A DNA stretch of 64,000 nt from Octopus vulgaris (Eukaryota), in NCBI GenBank assembly GCA_951406725.2, contig OX597834.1, positions 434,001 to 498,000 on the forward strand. Reading direction: 5' to 3'. The notes beneath the pieces were generated by a model, which made no database searches, was not told the origin of the DNA, and saw only the letters and a list, made by a program, of their open reading frames with translations. Position numbers and translations under genes: made by a program. How positions within the stretch are numbered: position 1 is the first letter of the stretch; the number at the start of each line of letters is the position of its first letter. This document shows positions 38,540 to 52,979 of the stretch, piece by piece.

Positions 38540-39250
38540 TACGTTGGACATAAGAAGCATCAGATGTTGTGTGCAAGAGAGACGACTTTGCTGGTATGGT
38601 TATGCGTATGGATGAGGACAGCTGAGTGAAGAAGTGTCACACCCTAACTGTGGAGGGAACCTGAGGAAGAGGTAGACCCAGGAAGACATGGTAAGAAGTG
38701 GGGAAGCATGTTCTTTGAATGTTAGGCCTCACAGAGGCAATGACAATCAACCAAGGCCTTTAGAAATGTGCCATGTTTGAGAGGACCCATCAAGCCAAGT
38801 GAGATCGTAGTTGTGGCCAATGCCAGTGTCACCTGACTCACCAATTAAAAGCACACTTCAATCGTTGTATAATATGCTGTCCTGTTGAAGACTTGAGTGA
38901 AATCGTAGTCATGTCTGATGCCAGTGCTGTCTGAATGGCACATAAAAAGCACTATTTGAGTGTTGGGCTTCATGGACGCAGTGACAGGGGACCAGAGCCC
39001 TTGGCAATATGTCATGTTTGTGTTGATCTGTCAAATCAAGTGAGATCATAGTTGTGTCTGATGCTGGTGTCAGGTTAATAGGACCCATGCCAGTGGCACA
39101 TAAAAAGCACCTACTACACTCTCAGAATGGTTAGCATTAGGAAGAGCATCCAGCTGTAGAAACCTTGCTAAATCAGATTGGAACATGATGCAGCCCCCCA
39201 GCTTACCAATTTTCAGTCAAAAAGTGAATGTTAAACGATGATGATGATGA
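38540..39250 (+). mobile_element. 3' fragment of the RTE family
   Basis: LDIRSIRCCVQERRLCWYG...GRPRKTW region plus 3' UTR and (GAT)n tail. Confidence 0.88.
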
Positions 39251-39295
39251 TATATACATATACATACATATATACATACATTTTATATGTATATG

Positions 39296-39327
<32 letters not shown>

Positions 39328-39332
<5 letters not shown>

Positions 39333-39722
39333 ACAGGAGTGGCAGTGTAGTAGACAGCTTGTTTACCAACCACACGGTTCCAAGTTCAGTTCCACTGTGT
39401 GGCACCTTGGGCAAGTGTCTTCTACTATAGCCTTCGGCCAACCAAAGCCTTGTGAGTGGATTTGGCAGACAGAAACTGAAAGAAACCCATCGTATATATA
39501 TATATGTATGTATGTGTTTGTGTGTCTGTGTTTGTCCCCTCAACATCGCTTGACAACTGATGGTGGTGTGTTTACGTCCCTGTAACTTAGCGGTTTGGCA
39601 AAAGAGCCCGATAGAATAAGTACTAGGCTTACAAAGAATAAGTCCTGGGGTCGATTTGCTTGACTAAAGGTGGTGCTCCAGCATGGCCACAGTCAAATGA
39701 CTGAAACAAATAAAAGAATAAA
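39328..39722 (+). mobile_element. tRNA-derived SINE, family B
   Basis: Full-length paralog of 62864-63271, flanked by (TA)n. Confidence 0.9.
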
Positions 39723-39732
39723 ATAATATATA

Positions 39733-39789
<57 letters not shown>

Positions 39790-39978
39790 CATTATATAAA
39801 AGGGCTTAGTAAAATAAATTACTTTGCCGCATACTGAACTCATTAGAAATAGCAGCTAAAAACTTTTTTAAAACTATTTCCAATACTTAAAGAAAATCTC
39901 TCTCATATAGTGTTTGCTCAATTCAACTCACGAAAGTATGAGGGTAGAAACATTAAAAAATCAAATGCAAAGGTTATT

Positions 39979-40031
39979 TGAGAACGTACGTTTCAAGATT
40001 AGTCAAACTCGACACTTCTATCATCAGCTCA
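39979..40031 (-). ncRNA. Minimal hammerhead ribozyme fold (Penelope-type)
   Basis: Minus strand: TGAG-CTGATGA-TAGA..GTC/GAC..TCTT-GAA-ACGTACGT-T-CTCA. Canonical core, 8-nt palindromic stem III, 4-bp stem I. Confidence 0.65.
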
Positions 40032-40150
40032 GAACTCCCTGGTTTGGATTTGAATTCGCCTTAAATGGTCCCTTTGCATACTGAATACTTGGTGAAATTG
40101 ATTAATTAATTAATTTTACCCTCAATTGTTGAAATTATATATATATATAG

Positions 40151-40181
<31 letters not shown>

Positions 40182-40358
40182 TATAGCCCCATTATATATA
40201 TATTTCCCTGTTTCTTTCTGTGTTCCTTTTTGTGGAAGAGTGTAGGCTCAAAACGTTTAAGACTTTTTCACATCTGTTTGTTGTCTGCACCACCTGTCTT
40301 TGTCTTTTGTTTTTTTTTTTGTGAATTCTTCCTATATGAATATATATGTGTGTCTGTG

Positions 40359-40405
<47 letters not shown>

Positions 40406-42187
40406 TCATATATACATACATTATATACATATGTATGTACATTATACATATACCTATATATATGTGTGTATGAGCATGTATATGTATAATGGTATATGTT
40501 TTTATTACATATGTGTGTGTGAATGCATGTATGTGTGCTTGTTTATATATATGTGTGTGTGTGTGTGTGTGTTCTGTGTGTTGGCCAGGGTGGGCTGGTT
40601 AGTTTCCAATGAACCAATGACCAGAGAGACTGTGTCCAGCTGCAATGTCAGTTTTGTTGCCCTTTCTAACTCCTACCATTTTACAGAATGTACCGGGTGC
40701 TTCAGAGATGATGCCAGCTAATTGAGGTCATTAAGTAATTCAAAAGACAGGGACAAAAACCCCTGAATTGAATGGAGATGTTGTAGAGAGCCAGTTGGGT
40801 TTGTGCCAGATGTTGAGAGGCTAAAATATGATAGAGGGACAGGGGCAGATATTTCGCTATATAAAAGATACAAGTCTACCCCTCGTAATATAAGGCTCGG
40901 AGGCAGAAGACAATGATGACGGGGCCCGAAATGTCGGAGAATGCTCTCAGGATACAAGAATTTGAGTCTAAGAGTGAATATGGACAAAGAATTGGGAAGA
41001 GTGAGTGGGTGGATAAATTCATTAGAGTGTGAGAGGAGAAATGTAATGTTGTATCTGTCTCAGTGTTATAGATGTATCACTATTGATTTTTTGGCATCAA
41101 GTTGAACCTTGTGATAATGAATAGACTGGAACCAATGGTTGGTGATGCATACATCACAATCTCACACACACATTGATATATGTATGTGTGTATATGTATG
41201 TGTGTATATGTATGTGTGTATATGTATGTGTGTATATGTATGTGTGTATATGTATGCATGTATATGCTAGTGTTTGCTTACGTTACACTAATTCCAACAC
41301 TGACCGACATACTTTACTTTTCTGGAGTTCAATCCAAAAATATTTCGAATCTAAAACTAAAAATGCTTCAGGATTTCTTTCCTCACCAAAGTCTTCCCCT
41401 TTTCTGGTTGACTGGACAGTTTTTCTTTCATTCTTTTGCCCACTCAGGCATCTTCTTCCTTTATGAGTGAGTTGCAGAATATTGCTTTTTATAGAATTTT
41501 GGATGTCTTGGATTACAGATACAAGATTATCAATTGTTTGTGTACATGTCAGTATGTAATGTGTGTTTGTGTGTGTTTATATGTGAGAATGTATGTGTGT
41601 GTGCATGTGTATACATATATGTGTATGTAAGTGTCTGTATATACATGTGTGTATGTATATATATATATATATATACACACATATATATATATACATATAT
41701 ATATATACATATATATATATATGTACGTATGTGTGTGTATATATATACATGTGTGTGTATGTGTGTGTGTGTGCGTAAGAGATGAATGGAGTTCAAACCC
41801 TGTGACAACTGTTTTGCTTGGAATCTTTATTGAATGCAATCCTAGTGCCACATCTTGGATTGCATCAAACCTGTGACTTCTCAGGCATTGTTTAACCCTT
41901 CAACATTCAAACTGGTCGTATCAGAGGCAAATATTCAACCTGTTTCATGTCAAATGAATCAGGTCAGGCCTCTCACACCTATCCTACAATGTCATTAACA
42001 ATCACTTCATCAAAATCTCAAAGCTACAAGATAATGTGGGATTAATTCAAAACAATGTGATTCTAAATTCTAAATTTGATAGAGTAATTCTGAATGCTAA
42101 ATGGTTAAATGTAGCTAATCTGTGACTTGCTGATTAACTTAAATCAGTGTGTGTGTATGCACACATGCATGCACACACACACACACG

Positions 42188-42248
<61 letters not shown>

Positions 42249-42683
42249 CAAGTGTCTTTCAGATTCTCTCAATTAAATCCATTCACATGGTGCAGGTCTG
42301 TAGTAGAAGGCACCTTCTCAAGAGGCTGCTCTGCAGTGGGATTGAACCCAGGACTACATGGTGGGGAAGCTGATTTCTTAATCATACAGCCACACCTGCA
42401 CCTATATATATATATATATATATATATCATCACCCTCATCCTCATTTAACGTCTATTTCCCATGCTGGTATGGGTTGGACAGTTTGGTGCTGGCAAGTCA
42501 GAAGACTGCATCAAGCTCTCATGTCTGTTTTGGCTTGGTTTCTATGGCTGGATGCGCTTCCTAATGCCAACTGCTTTACAGGGTATATTGGGTGCATTTT
42601 ACAAGGCACTAGCAGCAATGAGGTCACCAAATTAACTTTCACACATGCACGCGCACACACACATGCACGCGCACACACACATG

Positions 42684-42722
<39 letters not shown>

Positions 42723-45054
42723 TTACCTGTAAATGTGAGCAGCCATGTAGCAACTCCTCTACAACAAACCTTCTCTGCCCCTCACTGCCTTCCCATACTT
42801 TAACTTTCATCATCTTGCATAAAGCGCATCCCCCGCCAAGTTTTGTAGTTTAGCTTCATGCTAACCTCACCAGTGCAGCCGGCAACAGAAAACGCATCCA
42901 GTCCACACTGTAAAGTGATTGGCTTTAGGAAGGGTAGCCAGTTGTAGAGATCATGTGAAAACAGATACATGATCACGATGCCTTATCTTATACCTGCCAA
43001 ATCCTGTCAAGCTGCCCAACACATGAAGCTTGGAACCTAGACATGTGATGACGATGATGACGATGACAGATACACATTATTTGATGACAGAGGAAGTTAA
43101 GATGGTCAGATAATTTGATATAAAAGTTGTAATATTCTCAGAAATTCTACCATTTTTCTGTTGCATCAGTCAGCAAACATTTGAGGAGGTGAAGAGATCA
43201 GTGACCCCCTAAGAAGTTCTGTTATAAAGAAATGGTAAAATTAACTTTCTGTGGTATTAATTAACCTTAATGCGTCATATTTCATTTTACCCAAATATTG
43301 ATCAAATCATTGTCACTTTCTGCTAATTAAATATATTTTTGTTAATAATTCTTTTCAAACTGTTAATTTAGGGCTGCCAAGTTCCACTGCCTTCTGACAA
43401 TAAGACAATAAAACCAAATTCTACCAAATAATATGGGTTTCAAATTTTGGTACAGGGCCAGCAATTTTGGGGGAGGGTGTAAATGGATTGCATCAACTCC
43501 AGGACTCAACTAGAACTAATTTTATTGATTCTGAAAGGATGAAAGGTAAAGTCGACTTCAGTGGAATTTGAACTCATAACTTAAAGATGGATGAAATGCT
43601 TTTTGCCCAACCTGCTAATGCTTCTGCCAGCTTCTTCTACAAAGTATTCTATGAAAAGGACAGAGAAAGCCATGATATTTCCCTCTGGCACACTATACTT
43701 TTATATAGAGAAGACACAATACTGACACAGCCTGGTAAAGACTTGTCCTTCAATTATCAAATACAGTCTCATTTCTAAAATGGACATTAGCAGACATTGG
43801 TAAAAGAAACTTGTCTCTTAATTATTAATGTGGCATTATGAAGCGTAGTTCCAATAGGCTGTAGTTGGGTTAAAATAAAGTTGGGCAGCCATGCAAAGTT
43901 GGTGGAAGAAAGGACAAGAGGCTGCACTGGAATGTTACTTCGTTTTGGGTTACAGAAGATGCAGGATTCATGTTTCATAGGCAGCCTTCTGTGGTCTTTT
44001 AGGCATCCAAAGGGGTTTTAAGCCAATGTATTAGAAGTAGTGTTTATACCTGATTTCACTTCACATCATAGAATTAACAAAAACGTTTTCACAGATTTCT
44101 CAAGGCTTTTATGTTTGAGATGAAAATGGAAATCTGCTGATTCCGGGCAGAACAATGATGCAGTTTGGTCATTTAAGATAATGCTTAACTCCAAATGAAT
44201 CTGCTCATACATGCACAACCTGTTCTCAGTAAGGGATATTGTGTTTTTATTCAGTATTTAATATATCACCTGCTTATACCATTAGGGGTGTATATGAGGG
44301 TGAGGATGAGGCATTCGATGTATAACCTCGTTTTACACCTCCACCTCATATATTCATTTAAAGCACTCCAATCTGTTTCAAGAGTTTAAATCACATCTCC
44401 TTCGGGGAATACCTATTTCCCTTTCAACCACCAAAGTCAGAGATCTCCTTAATAAAAAAGGGTCACAACTATTGATTGCTCTGCTTCCTTTCACTAAGTC
44501 ACAAAAGTCACAATACAAAAGCAATAAGAACCAGTAGGAAGTGAGCAAGAACATTCTCCACGTTTTTCAGTTTTGTTTCCATCACAGAACAACCACGTCA
44601 ACCTTACAGAGTTTCTCTTTTATTGTCAGAGTGAATTGTCTCTAATTGAAGTTGACTGATTGCATTAATGTTATTAAGGTCATTAGCAGGACACATGTCA
44701 TGAATTAAATATTTTTAATCAATTTTCAGACAAGAAACACACAAACAATCCAAGCTATTATATATTCAACATTTACAAATTTGATGAACTTGGGTCAAAA
44801 GACCAACTGGGGAAAAGGAAAAAGAACAAAAACAATTTCAAAAAGACAAGGTAAAAAATGCAGCTGAATAACAAGGAAGAGAGAGAGAATGGTAGACTGG
44901 ATTGGTGTCTATCAGCGTTAGTAGAGTAGAGTAACAACCATAAAGCTGGCTGTAACATATATAAGTTATATATATATGAATGGTATATGTGTGTGTAACT
45001 AGATAGATTAGGTGGATGGATGAATGGATAGATGGATGAATGGATGGACAGATG

Positions 45055-45158
<104 letters not shown>

Positions 45159-46575
45159 CAGCTACATACAACCCAAAGCTAGATCTGTTTCACTAATATC
45201 AGCTCCCCTCTTTGTCCATTCAATCTGAACAGACACAGACAACCAAACCTAAACATAATATCTCTCTTCTACTCCATAATACTCAAACAAATATCATTTA
45301 TCACCAATCCATGCAATTTTGCCTCTCATTACCACTGCTTAAGTGGGGATAAATGTTACCCTCACTATTAATAATACTGGTCCTGTTGCTAATACATATC
45401 TTGATGCAAAATATTTGCAACGTAGTGAAATTAAATTACATTGATTCAGTTTTATATATTGTTCTGAATACAGACAAATAGCTTGCATTGTATTTATTTT
45501 TTTTTGCATTTGTTGTTGTTGCAGTTGTTTTAGTTTAACCCTAGGTCAGCCCTGAATGAGCAAACATATCACAAGAGACAATCCTCCAGTGACAGTGCTG
45601 TCATTTTTCCACACCCAAAACAACATTGCTCAGTGTAGTCATATTTCACAAGATGATGTAATTTGAAAAAGGATTAGCTGCTATTTCTAGTAGGTTAATG
45701 GATTATGAATTAGTTTCCAGGTCAGATTGTAGATTTGGAATTTACAGAGATTAACATGTTTCTAAGCAACATCATCGCTTCGTAGCACTGCCACCATGTT
45801 GGTTACTTCATGTCAACAGCAATGTCTCAGATACATGAAGCTTTGTCAACAATCTATTAACATGAACATGTTGCCTACATGGTGACCTATTGTCAACAAC
45901 ATTTATTATGTCAACAGTATTATCTTCATTAATTTCTCTCTCTCTTTCTCTCTCTATACATACACACATCTGTCTGTCTGTCTGTTTCTCTTCCTACCTG
46001 TCTATCTAGAGATCAACTTCAACCAGTCTAAAAAAAGGCCCCCATTTTACAGCTGAGTAGCATGATAAAATACTATTTCAAACATCTCTGAAAAAGATGT
46101 CTTTCTTTCTTTCTTTTTCTTCTTTCCTTCCTTCCTTCCTTCCTTTGTTGTTCTTTCTTTCTTCCTGTTTGTCTTTCCTTTTTCCTCCATCTAACCAAGC
46201 CTCCAAAAATTCAACACACATACATACACACACAGAGACACACACACACAAGCATAGATTCAATATAACAAAGAACATTCTCTTTCTAATTCAACTCCAA
46301 ATTTTTCCAACAACTCACAAAAAGCTGCTGCTTCCCATTCATCAAAGATTTGTGATACAGAATGGAGTAAAATTGTGATGACACATGTAACATATGAAAA
46401 TATATATATTAAATAATACATTACGTCTACCATCACAGTTTTATTTCATTCTGTATTACAACTGCCCAATAGAAGAGAATGTGAAACTGTGATTAGCAGT
46501 TTTTGGTGATGTTTTTGCAGCTCTAATAAAATAGTAAATATGTATAACAAAGTAAAGTTGGGGGTTACTGTACGA

Positions 46576-47384
46576 GTAAAAATATAAGGAAAAGAATCTG
46601 AAAATGCAGGAGTCTTTCACAATTACTTATTAACTTAACCAGTTGCACTTATTTAAAAAGATTTTCAAAGGTAAGGTATGAAGCTTTGTGTATCCTCTGT
46701 GTTTTTCAAAAAAGGTGGCTTAGAATTGCCTTCTCTTTAAAAGCAGTGTGGGTGGTTGATCAAAAGGTAGACCCTGATTGCTCTAATTTCAAATAGTTGT
46801 TGTGGAGCCAAGAAAGGCTTGTTTAGTGAGCTGGTTCTGTTATGGTTCAGTAGTTTTGGCTGGTGTTTTGGGGTTCATATGTATGACTAATAAGTAAAGA
46901 ATGGTGTGTATTGCTATCAACTACCCACACTGATTTTAAAGAGAAAACAATTCTAAACCACCTTTTTTAAAAAATAAAACCATCTTTTGATCATGTGACT
47001 GCCATCAACAAATCACATTGTTTTTTAAAAAGAAGGCAATTTTGAATCACCATTTCTGCATAAGAAAGTAGTAACTGTGAAACTCCATCCAGATGTGAGA
47101 TCCTACAGCCAGATCTGAGAACTATAAATGGTCTGTTATTTTTTCGCTTTCAACAATTATGGTTTCTGATCAGAGTGAGACTAAAACTTTAGCATTGACG
47201 AACCAGACACATTTTACCTTCTTCTCAAGGACTCTATTACTTGATTTGGAGATATTTATGTAAATTAATTGTTGATACCACAGAGGATACATGAGGCCTG
47301 ATACCTTACTTTTGAAAATCTTTTTAAACAAGTCAAACCGTTAATAAATTCTTTTAAAAGACTCCTTCATTTTCAGTTCCTTTT

Positions 47385-47390
<6 letters not shown>
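46576..47390. repeat. Nested inverted-repeat (foldback) element
   Basis: Outer arms ~46583-46701 / ~47279-47390 (TTTAAAAAGATTTTCAAAGGTAAGGTAT..GTATCCTCTGTG mirrored); inner arms ~46703-46753 / ~46922-46974, with a further copy at ~47011-47055. Confidence 0.75.
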
Positions 47391-47446
<56 letters not shown>

Positions 47447-47706
47447 GAAATATGTTACGAAAAGAAAATATAAAATACACGTGGAAATGTAAGGGTAAAA
47501 CATGAAAAATCAACGAAAATGCATATTGCAAATAGAAAAAGGCTGTTTATGACAGGTAGTGACAAATATATACATTTAGATTAACTGAAGTAGTAATACG
47601 AGTCATAAAGGTCATTATTAAGAGGTGATTATAAGATGATAATAAAGTAAGAGAAGAAAACGAACCAGTGGTTTACGCCACGAAGGTTATTCATCGTTAT
47701 GTATAT

Positions 47707-47785
<79 letters not shown>

Positions 47786-47794
47786 GTGTGTGTG

Positions 47795-48456
47795 TGTGTG
47801 AAGAAGTGCCACTCCCAAACAGTTGAAGGAATCAGGGGGAGAGGTAGACCCAGGAAGACATGGGATGAGGTAGTCAAGCATGACCTCAGAGTGTTGGGCC
47901 TCACTGAGGCAATGGCGAAGGACCGACATCTCCGGCTCCAGTTCCGCATAGCCCCTGCCCATTCAAAGTACCTTGGATCCCGGAACGTCTCGCTGTGCTT
48001 GAGGAGACCTGTTGAGTCAAGTGCATGTACACGAACATCGAAACAAATATCAATGGAAACAGTAGTCGTGATACCTGTGTCGGTGGCACATAAAAAGCAC
48101 TATCCGAACGTGGCCGTTGCCAGCTCCACCTCGACTGGCTTCTGTGCCGGTGGCACATAAAAAGCACCATCCGAACGTGGCCGATGCCAGCGCCGCCTTG
48201 GCTGGCTTCCGTGCCGGTGGCACGTTAAAAGCACCAACTGATCGTGGCCGATGCCAGACCCCACCCTGGCACCTGTGCAGGTGGCACGTAAAAACCACCC
48301 ACTACACTCGCGGAGTGGTTGGCGTTAGGAAGGGCATCCAGCTGTAGAAACACTGCCAGATCAGACTGGAGCCTGGTGCAGCCCTGGCTTCCCAGACTCC
48401 GGTCGAACCGTCCAACCCGTGCTAGCACGGAAAACGGACGTTAAACGATGATGATG

Positions 48457-48457
<1 letters not shown>
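47795..48457 (+). mobile_element. CpG-intact 3' fragment of the RTE family
   Basis: VKKCHSQTVEGIRGRGRPRKTWDEVVKHDLRVLGLTEAM, then a 3' UTR with 4 GTGGCAC..AAAA.CAC units and (GAT)n tail. Confidence 0.92.
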
Positions 48458-48745
<288 letters not shown>

Positions 48746-48873
48746 ATATACACACATATATACACATACTTCTATCTAAATTACGAACAATTATATTGCA
48801 TGTGGTTAAACGATCTAAAGTATATTTTTCAGCATATTGGCATAGGAAATTTTTTCTTTTGCCCTTATTTATA

Positions 48874-48931
<58 letters not shown>

Positions 48932-49910
48932 TATGTGGGTAGAGGACGTCATGAAACGTGTACAACAAAAAGTACGAAGCACGAGAGTACATGGAACATG
49001 AACTGTTCTTTCAAACAACGAAAGACACAAATGGGAAATAAAAAAACAACATAAAGAATGACCCTTCATCAGTTGCTGGTTGTTTTTCTACTCTCGTATT
49101 TCGAGCATTTAACAACAATATACGTTTTCAAGAAAACAGTTGCTCCCGCAAAGCAAATTAAATAAAATTTAGGATTTTGCGGCGGGTCAAAATAGGTAAC
49201 ACAAACAGGAAGGCCTGCTAAGCCTAAACGAAGTTGTGGTAGCGAACGCGTAAATCACGCTAGGACAGGAGACAAACAAGAACACGTCTTCCTTGTTCCA
49301 GCTACAACGGAAAGAAAGAAAGAAGATAGCCGATGGTCACGTGGGAACCACGTTAACAAGGGAGGAGGAGTGAGGAAGAGAGAATGACAGAATAATGGGA
49401 TAGAAAGGGGGAGAAGAGGAGGTAAAAGAATAAGAGAGAGAAAAACGAAAGAGTAAAAAGTACTTATAGAGTGCGCATCAAACATTCAAATTGTTTGCAG
49501 ATTCTGAGAACAGTGATAGTATTTCTTCCGTTGGGAACTAATCCATACAAGTTTTTTTTTATGTTTTCCTTTTACGTTACCTATTACCAATGCTGGAATT
49601 GGTTGGACACGAACCATTGGAGTAGTATTTTATGGATGGATGCCTCTTCTTGATGCTGAACCTATTTTTCTAGGTGCCACGTAAATAGAACACAGTACAA
49701 TTTGTAAAGTAGTTGGCATTAGGAAAAGCATCCAGTTGCAAAACCATGCCAAAGCAAACAATTTGGAGCCTGACGTGAAGCTCTCTTGTTGCACGTGACA
49801 AATAGGTTTGACAAGGTTTATGCACGGAAATCCTGTCAAACCATTCAATGCATGCCAGCATCATGCGAAACGGACGTTAAGTGATGTTGATATTTAATGA
49901 TGATATTGAT

Positions 49911-50026
<116 letters not shown>

Positions 50027-50037
50027 CACACACACAC

Positions 50038-50126
<89 letters not shown>

Positions 50127-50465
50127 TACATATCTGTGCGTGCCATTACACACGCGCGCGCGTGCATGTTTGACGCTCAAAAGCCGCAACACACGTCCTA
50201 CCTGTTTCGGGTATTACACATGACAAATATGTTCGGCAAGTGTTATACACGTAACTCAAACACCAAAGCAACTACTAGAGCGTGGAATGGTTATTTATTT
50301 TCCCAGCTCTACACACGGAAAGACCGAACGAGGAAGAGCTTGATTGTAAACTGTCATTTTCGATTCTTTTCAACTGCCGAGAGAGAGTATTTCTCACTGA
50401 AGCTAATGCTGTTTATCGATCGAACCAGTTTTACAGAGAGAAAAAAAAATTAAGAGCACAGCTTT

Positions 50466-50518
<53 letters not shown>

Positions 50519-51286
50519 AATAATAACAACAACAACAACAATTATAATAATAACTACCAGAACGAAATAACACAGAAATCAACCTATTTTTTACTGAAAA
50601 CACAACACATGCTAGGCTCTTTAGCAAGTCTAGTTTTCAGGGATAATCACTAATTTTCATCTGCTGAAATACAAATAGAAAAGGAAAAAAATATTGTTCG
50701 ATATTTCTAACGAAAGACCGATCCTTTTACAAGAATGACTAAAATTTCCTTTGAATAAATAGTTTAAAAAAAAAACTTGTTCTTTTTTTCCCCCCCTCTT
50801 CTGATATAGTTTCTAATTTTCTCTATCTCAATAGAGACCCTACCTCCGCCATGTCTCACTCTCTCTCTCTCTCTCTCTCTCTCACGAAAGATTTCACTGT
50901 TCTTTCTTTTACAATAGCGTTCCCAATTATTATTCTGTCGTAGTAGAGGTCCCAGTTCTGTCTGTTATAAAAGTGTTCTCAATTATCTTTCTGTTACATG
51001 AGAGGGGTCCCCGTTCTCTCGGAGAGTTATCCTACTTTAAAGTAAAATTGAAATGCAGTGAGTATTTGAAGACAGAAATTAAAATATTCCGACACGGAAA
51101 ACGTATGAATAATCTGGAAATTGCGTTCTGCATTCGTATTGCATTCAAGTTGTACACGAAATCCAGATCATGTATAAATATCTTCAACCGAAACTGTTTC
51201 CTTTATTCCCTCTTTATTTAGATTTAACTTTGGTTTTGAAGTAGAAGTAAAACGCTCAGAATTCCAGTACTTTTAATACTGTGTGA

Positions 51287-51432
51287 CAAGGCCGGCTCAA
51301 GACACCGGTAACTTGGGCAGTGGCCTGGGGCGCTATGTGCTAGGGGGCACCAAGGAAATGTCCACGACCGTCACCTTGTACATGCCGAAGTCCAGCTTGC
51401 CCGGGGCACTAGCGACCCCAGGGCCGGCCCTG
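51287..51432. mobile_element. hAT-type MITE (146 bp)
   Basis: TIRs CAAGGCCGGCTC / GGGCCGGCCCTG and a perfect 8-bp TSD CTGTGTGA (51279-51286, 51433-51440). Confidence 0.9.
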
Positions 51433-51918
51433 CTGTGTGATTTGGTGTTTTGAGCATATATTAACACATAATACATATATGGCCTTCTTGTCTTTTATAT
51501 ACAAAAAACTAAATAGATTTCTTTGTTTCAGTTTTAAGTTTCAATCTTCGAATTTTATACGAGACTGAATCGCATCTTAAAGTAGGAGTGTGCCCAGCAG
51601 TGCTTCCAGTACCCTCTCTAGTATAATAGGGGTCCTAGATCTGTTTTCTTAATGATACAAATTCCTGTTTCTCCTTTTATATTAGACTTCCTAATCCTCT
51701 GTTATGATACAAACGATGTCACATTACGGTCGGTGTTAGGGATGCTGAGGTTCCTAGATCCGAGAGATCCATGGGTTTATGAATAATACGATTTCGTCAT
51801 AATTCGATGGCGGCGGTCAATATGGGAAAATATTTAGACCCATAAACATCTAAAGATAGTTTTGGGTACAATTATTTTTAATTGCAATCTGTGACGTAAA
51901 TATTTGTCCTCAGAATAA

Positions 51919-52122
51919 GGCGGCGATCTGGCAGAGTCGTTAGCACGCCGGGACAAAATGCTTAGCGGCATTTTGTCCATCTTTACGTTCTGGGTTCAAA
52001 TGCCATCGGAGTCGACTTTGCTTTCATCCTTTCAGGGTCGATAAAATAAGTACTTAGTTGAACAATGGGGTCCATTTACCCGCTCCTCTGAAAGTGGTGG
52101 CCTTTGCCAAAATTTGATATCA

Positions 52123-52125
<3 letters not shown>
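51919..52125 (+). mobile_element. SINE family A copy
   Basis: Paralog of 11075-11305. Confidence 0.85.
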
Positions 52126-52160
<35 letters not shown>

Positions 52161-52190
52161 TGTCTGTCTGTCTGTCTCTCTCTTCCTCTC

Positions 52191-52225
<35 letters not shown>

Positions 52226-52288
52226 CATTAAATTAATTTATAAAACTTCGTTCTTCCTAAGTTTTCTTAATATTTCTTGTTTTTATAC

Positions 52289-52324
<36 letters not shown>

Positions 52325-52979
52325 ACGTGCCTGCTTTAATAAAATGAAACTCCCACCCAACCCAAATCCTTCTTTGTGGCCATTTTTTTTTATTGAAATC
52401 TTTTTATCGTCTGATGAGTCAAATGTCCACCGTCGAAGCACAGCTAGGGCTGAATTGTTGAACCTTTTATGCAATAAACACCTATGGCTGGAGTTCAATG
52501 CCATTGTGCGACAGTTTGGACAAATGTCATCTTATATAGCCTCCGGTTGATTAATAACCAATGGTTGGAATTTGAAAGAACGGAAGGGTTCTATTGAGAG
52601 GAATTAACGAGAAAGAATCTTTTCTGGGTCGTCGACCTGCTAGTAATAACAACTAGTGAAATCATTCCAATGTCACGCCACTCCGGCTTAAACCCAATGC
52701 ATGTCCATTTAACTACGATAGTTGCCTAGGTTCTCTGTGTAGTAGCTTGAGTGTGTGCAGCCCGGGGCAGTCTTGAATCTGCTCCACCTGTGTACAGGTT
52801 TTTACACAATACCCCAAAGCGTCGCTCCCTCACCTCACCCTACTGCTAGTTACGCAGCTGTATTTCCTATTTATACTAATCACGGCTACAACTGTCTGCG
52901 TTGCATATGGCGATACTTACAAACTAAATAGTCAAGGTTTAACTATTCCTTTATCCCCTCCTTCATGCGGTTGTGTTGC

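Noticed and set aside
40225-40262. HHR-like GAGT-GTAG-GCTC-AAAAC-GTT
   Set aside because: Core too degenerate (TGTGGAA; AAAA instead of GAAA) to call; possibly a decayed member of the HHR elements.
45808-45920. Four TGTCAACA motifs in ~110 bp
   Set aside because: Could be a decayed minisatellite; no further structure to support a regulatory call.
48945-49200. Minus-strand CTGATGAAGGG and GCTCGAAA motifs
   Set aside because: Could not build stems I and III consistently; may be a Penelope-type remnant.
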